Positions 60,801 through 64,000 of a stretch of DNA of 64,000 nt are shown here, piece by piece. The stretch lies in assembly GCA_964016885.1 (NCBI GenBank), contig OZ024747.1:68634001-68698000 (forward strand). The letters run 5' to 3'. Source of the DNA: Eledone cirrhosa. Lineage: Eukaryota. The number at the start of each line of letters is the position of its first letter. The stretch's first letter is position 1. The position numbers and the translations under genes are program-made. Under the pieces are notes generated by a model, which saw only the letters and a list, made by a program, of their open reading frames with translations, was not told the DNA's origin and searched no databases.

Positions 60801-61900
60801 CCTCATTTCTAGTACCGAACCCATAGCCTCCATGGATTCCGTCATAGCCGTCACAATGTTGTCCAACATGACCATTTAGGTCGCCTGCAATAACTATATA
60901 GTCACTGTCGGTTATTTGGGAGGTAGCGAGCATCAGTGTCTCGTAGAATCTGTCTTTTATAGCGCCGGGCAGTCCGGATTGGGGTGCGTACGCAGATATT
61001 ACTGTCACCGTAGTTTTATTGAGGACAAGTCTTATTTTAATTATTCTGTCGTTCACTCTATTTACGTCTATTATCTTATCTGCCCACTTTTCTGCTACCA
61101 TGATTCCTACCCCACCCAACCCATTGTCATTTCCCACCCAGAAAAGCTTATAGCATCGTTCTTTACCCACGATGAATCTAGCCGACCCGACCCTCCACCT
61201 GGTCTCTTGAATACAACAAACATCGACCTCCTTACGTTCAAGCATTTCTACAACCTCGTTAGAGCGACCCTTTAAGGTGCCTACATTCATGGTACCAACT
61301 CTGAAGTTTTGGATTGCGTTTGGAGGGTGGGAGCGGTGGGGCGCGGGGGGGGGGGGATGGGGTTATGTTAGCCATCCTGGGCCGAAACAAGGAGGAGTGC
61401 TTGCATTCTCGTCCACGAGGTGAATTTTGCTTTATCTTTGGCATTGTCGCTGAGCGTCCACATATTTCTCTCTTCAACTCTCCAGAATTCCGTAGTCCAT
61501 CCATCATATCGAAAAGCAACCAGTTAAGCGATAGTATGGGCCTCTGACTTATGATTGGTCCACGTAATAATGGTGGTGCGTGGGGGCGGGAGGGAGGGAT
61601 GATGGGTTGTTAGCGAGAATGTAAGGTTTAAGATAAGATCGCCGTATTTTGGGCATAATTTAACAATAAACGAAAATACAAGATTTGTTTTGTTTAAGAA
61701 AATACGATAAAGAAAATGCGGTGATAGGGAAAATATGATTTTTAGAGAAAAGATATGATATAGAATGGTGAAAATATGATATAGTGTGAAATTAGGACAT
61801 AGAAGTGATTGAATGAATGGGTTCGAATGGAGAGAAGAATCGAGAAAAATTTTGAACGTTACTTTATACCGAAGGAACCGAAGGGAACAGCCATCCCAGA
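57880..61900 (-). mobile_element. Near full-length RTE-clade LINE (5' boundary uncertain)
   Basis: Uninterrupted APE+RT ORF, 3'UTR of about 390 bp with (GAT)n tail, long 5' leader. No clear TSD found. Confidence 0.93.
58270..61290 (-). CDS. RTE ORF: APE endonuclease, reverse transcriptase and PHD-like finger
   Basis: APE motifs NVGTL, CIQET, SAYAPQ, GDLNGHVG, QVDYIL, SQHRL. RT motifs QFGF, FVDLEKAFDRV, GVHQGSVLSPLLF, YADDL, FRYLG. RTE tail RRLRWYGHV...GRPRKTW. Confidence 0.96.
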   Translation of the reverse strand: MNVGTLKGRSNEVVEMLERKEVDVCCIQETRWRVGSARFIVGKERCYKLFWVGNDNGLGGVGIMVAEKWADKIIDVNRVNDRIIKIRLVLNKTTVTVISAYAPQSGLPGAIKDRFYETLMLATSQITDSDYIVIAGDLNGHVGQHCDGYDGIHGGYGFGTRNEEGSRILEFCDANNLTICNTNFKKRDNHLITYRSGEHTSQVDYILTRRRDRVSVVNTKSLPHEEFTSQHRLIISDLIVRTRRTRQRKRTILRRKIWKLKDPIARNKFQSILLDAFDSKEEQLESYNIEEQWEFLRANLLTAADKVCGWSRPVGRRRVTWWWNSKVEKSIKAKKQAWKVWRDGGSREDYQVARREARRQVYFARREAEERKFKHVLQREDQKREVFRIARQCVKENRDIVGEKCVLNDDGILAITDADKKVAWKCHYERLLNEENKWEKDSLPQIDPIEGPAVLVEGSIISKAIKDMKTGKAAGPSEIVAEMLKASGSVGHTMVTRIVNQVVQNGVVPKEWRSSIIVNCYKGKGDALDRSNYKGIKLIDQVMKVTEKVIAQLIRERIDLDEMQFGFVSGKSTTDALFIVRQLQEKYLAKSKPLYLAFVDLEKAFDRVPRSIIWWSLRKLGVDEWLVRAIQAMYKETVSKVRINNEYSEEFSVKVGVHQGSVLSPLLFIIALQAITEEFKTGCPWELLYADDLTLIAESMTELEKKFQTWKHGLESKGLKINLAKTKVLVCRKENKVAVPSGKWPCSVCRKGVGRNSILCPKCKVWVHKRCSGITGKLTKNIDFTCGRCSGAISSSKCPQNTSSFNCAEGSIEIVYSFRYLGDKISSGGGCSESTVARVRTGWKKFRELIPLLAARGFSLKMKGRLYDACIRTAMLHGSETWALCAEDIRRLERNEACMLRWMCNSNIRERQSINELRKKLEIRGIRCCLLERRLRWYGHVMRMKDDSCITKCRAIKIDGSHGVGRPRKTWDELINSDLTRLHLSKTMSLDRDLWRYSVIEKTRLT

Positions 61901-63374
61901 AATAGCGAGTTGGCGATTTTGATTAATTTTGGTAGGGTTTTATCTTATATGTATAGAGAGGGAGGGGGGGGGGGCAGGAACCAGCATGATGAATGGGTAG
62001 GGGGTAGAAGATGGGATGGAGCAGAGGTTAAGAGTTTAAATAGGTACTCGAAGTTTTGCGTAAAACTTAGCAAGTTTAACAAATTATATTTAAAGGAATA
62101 TAGATATTAATGGAACCTTCACATTGGATATGATTCAAATATTATTATGGTGGATTGGCAGTATCGGTAGAGGGTCGGACGCCATGCTAGGGCGGTGGAT
62201 TGGCAGTATCGGTAGAAAGTCGGACGCCTTGCTTTCCAGCATAGTTACGTCCCTTTACGGTCTGAATTCAAATCCCGCCAAGGTTAACTTTGCCTTTCAT
62301 CTTTACGGGGTTGTTTTTATACTTCATTATTTTGTTTTAGAGTTGTATTTGTCTGGCAATAACTTGAGTGTAAAACCGAGTCAGGCCTTTGATTGATTGT
62401 TCTTCTCATTCCACATAATGACATAATTATCCTTGCATATTTTTTGCCCCTCACAAGAGAATGTCTTCACATACCGTCGTTATGTCTTGCTGTTTTCTTT
62501 TAGTCGTAAAGTTTTATGAAATATTTACTTCTGTGTTTACAGGTTGATTATTCAGTTTCAGAAGATTCCGTATAAGGTACAATCAGAAATTCTTGGCTCA
62601 AACTTTAATCTCTACTAATAATAGATATTTACTCTATGGGTTCATATATACTTATATTTATATACAATCCTTATCGAGCCCTCTTTGGATTTTGGTTCTT
62701 GTATTTATTATTACTATATATATGTATATGTTCTCGTGTATATACATACACACACAAGAATATTTTCTCTAGTATACTTTCCCGGAGATTGGGATATTTG
62801 GCTGTCAATTGGTATATGTTCACATATACATACATACTATATATACACACATAACCATACATATATATTTATGTACATGTGTGTGTGTGTATATATATAT
62901 ATGTGTGTGTACACACACACACATATATATATGTAAAATGTAAACAGAAATAACACAATTGGTACAGTATATGGAAGGAACATATTAGTTTAATGCTTGA
63001 AATAGTAGGAAGAGGGTCTTAACATTTTGGACGCTAGTCCTTCATCAGAAGAAAGATTGAAAAATTAGAAAGATTGAAGGGACGGGCAAGGTGGAATCGG
63101 AAAAAATGTTTTTATATATATATATATAAAATGTTGTAGTTTGCTTGAAGCATAGTATACAATATATTACATAATGTGGAAAGTGATATAAGGCTAAATA
63201 ATGCAAAATGGATGTTAAGATGAAGGTAACAAAATATTTAGCTACTTGGTAATCTTTGTTTGTTGCTGTTGTTTCTTTTGTCCTAATATTTTGGGAAATA
63301 TAAATTTAATTCCAAAGAGAAGAAACCGGAAGAGTTTTCTGTGAGTTCCTTATACTCTGAAGAAGGGAATTTTA

Positions 63375-63409
<35 letters not shown>

Positions 63410-63566
63410 CCTGGACACTTTCTTGTTCACAAGTGTTTTTTTAGGCATCATATCATGTTACCTTATTTTATCTGATGAGAACGCAACTATCGTCTCAGGA
63501 TGATATTTGTTTTTGAAATGCGCATAATAAAATATATGGAACTTTTTTAACCATCTTTTAATTTCT

Positions 63567-63569
<3 letters not shown>

Positions 63570-63648
<79 letters not shown>
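63570..63648. repeat. (CT)n microsatellite
   Basis: Direct reading. Confidence 0.95.
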
Positions 63649-63665
<17 letters not shown>

Positions 63666-64000
63666 CATATACACACACATATATGTACTAACTACTTTTT
63701 CTAGCAAATACGTTATTCACTCACTGCCCACCTTACCACCTGTCTTTGACCACTGTATCATCTGTTAATTCCTCCCTCCGCCTCTTGAGATTTTCTCACT
63801 TGCTACAAACGCTTCAAGAAACAGTTCTTTTTTCAACACAGCAATAATGCATTTTATAGTGCATATGTAATTTTATATATATATATATATATATAAACAG
63901 GAGACAGCATTCTGATACACGCCAAAAACAACATAAACCCAACCTGCGCACTTCGTCAAATGCTCTACCTTGCATACTGAAGAAGTGTTGGTAATTAACC

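Noticed and set aside
58550-61275. Multiple + strand ORFs antisense to the RTE ORF
   Set aside because: Shadow ORFs of the LINE coding sequence.
61800-62115. TSD for the full-length RTE (GATATTGAAT vs GATATTAAT)
   Set aside because: Imperfect, low-complexity match, so the 5' boundary is left undefined.

Overview
AT-rich, repeat-dense eukaryotic genomic DNA. An invertebrate, probably a coleoid cephalopod such as an octopus, is inferred from the SINE/RTE repertoire and (TA)n/(GAT)n content; this is not proven. The only recognisable host gene is ABCF3 (GCN20-like ABC-F ATPase) on the + strand: 17 coding exons between 481 and 23179, including a 23-nt microexon, with the N-terminal exons lying upstream of the window. 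The rest is mostly mobile DNA: a near-intact RTE LINE (APE, RT, and a PHD-like finger inside the RT) with several truncated copies, a Penelope-like element (PLE) with inverted arms, CR1, L1/Tx1 and mariner fragments, hAT, piggyBac, Tigger and Helitron non-autonomous elements, tRNA-SINEs and mini/microsatellites. The most notable signal is a (TA)n-associated, PLE-linked hammerhead ribozyme (HHR) system. It comprises a 310-bp retrozyme-like tandem array (35595-38866) with 10 complete minimal type I hammerhead cores, inverted at the ribozyme's own stem I; a nearby PLE with an HHR in each arm; several fold-back mini-elements sharing the same outward-pointing, asymmetric-tail geometry; and dispersed HHR motifs, including one with an intact core on the sense strand of an ABCF3 intron. 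All structures were read by eye and none has been tested computationally or experimentally.
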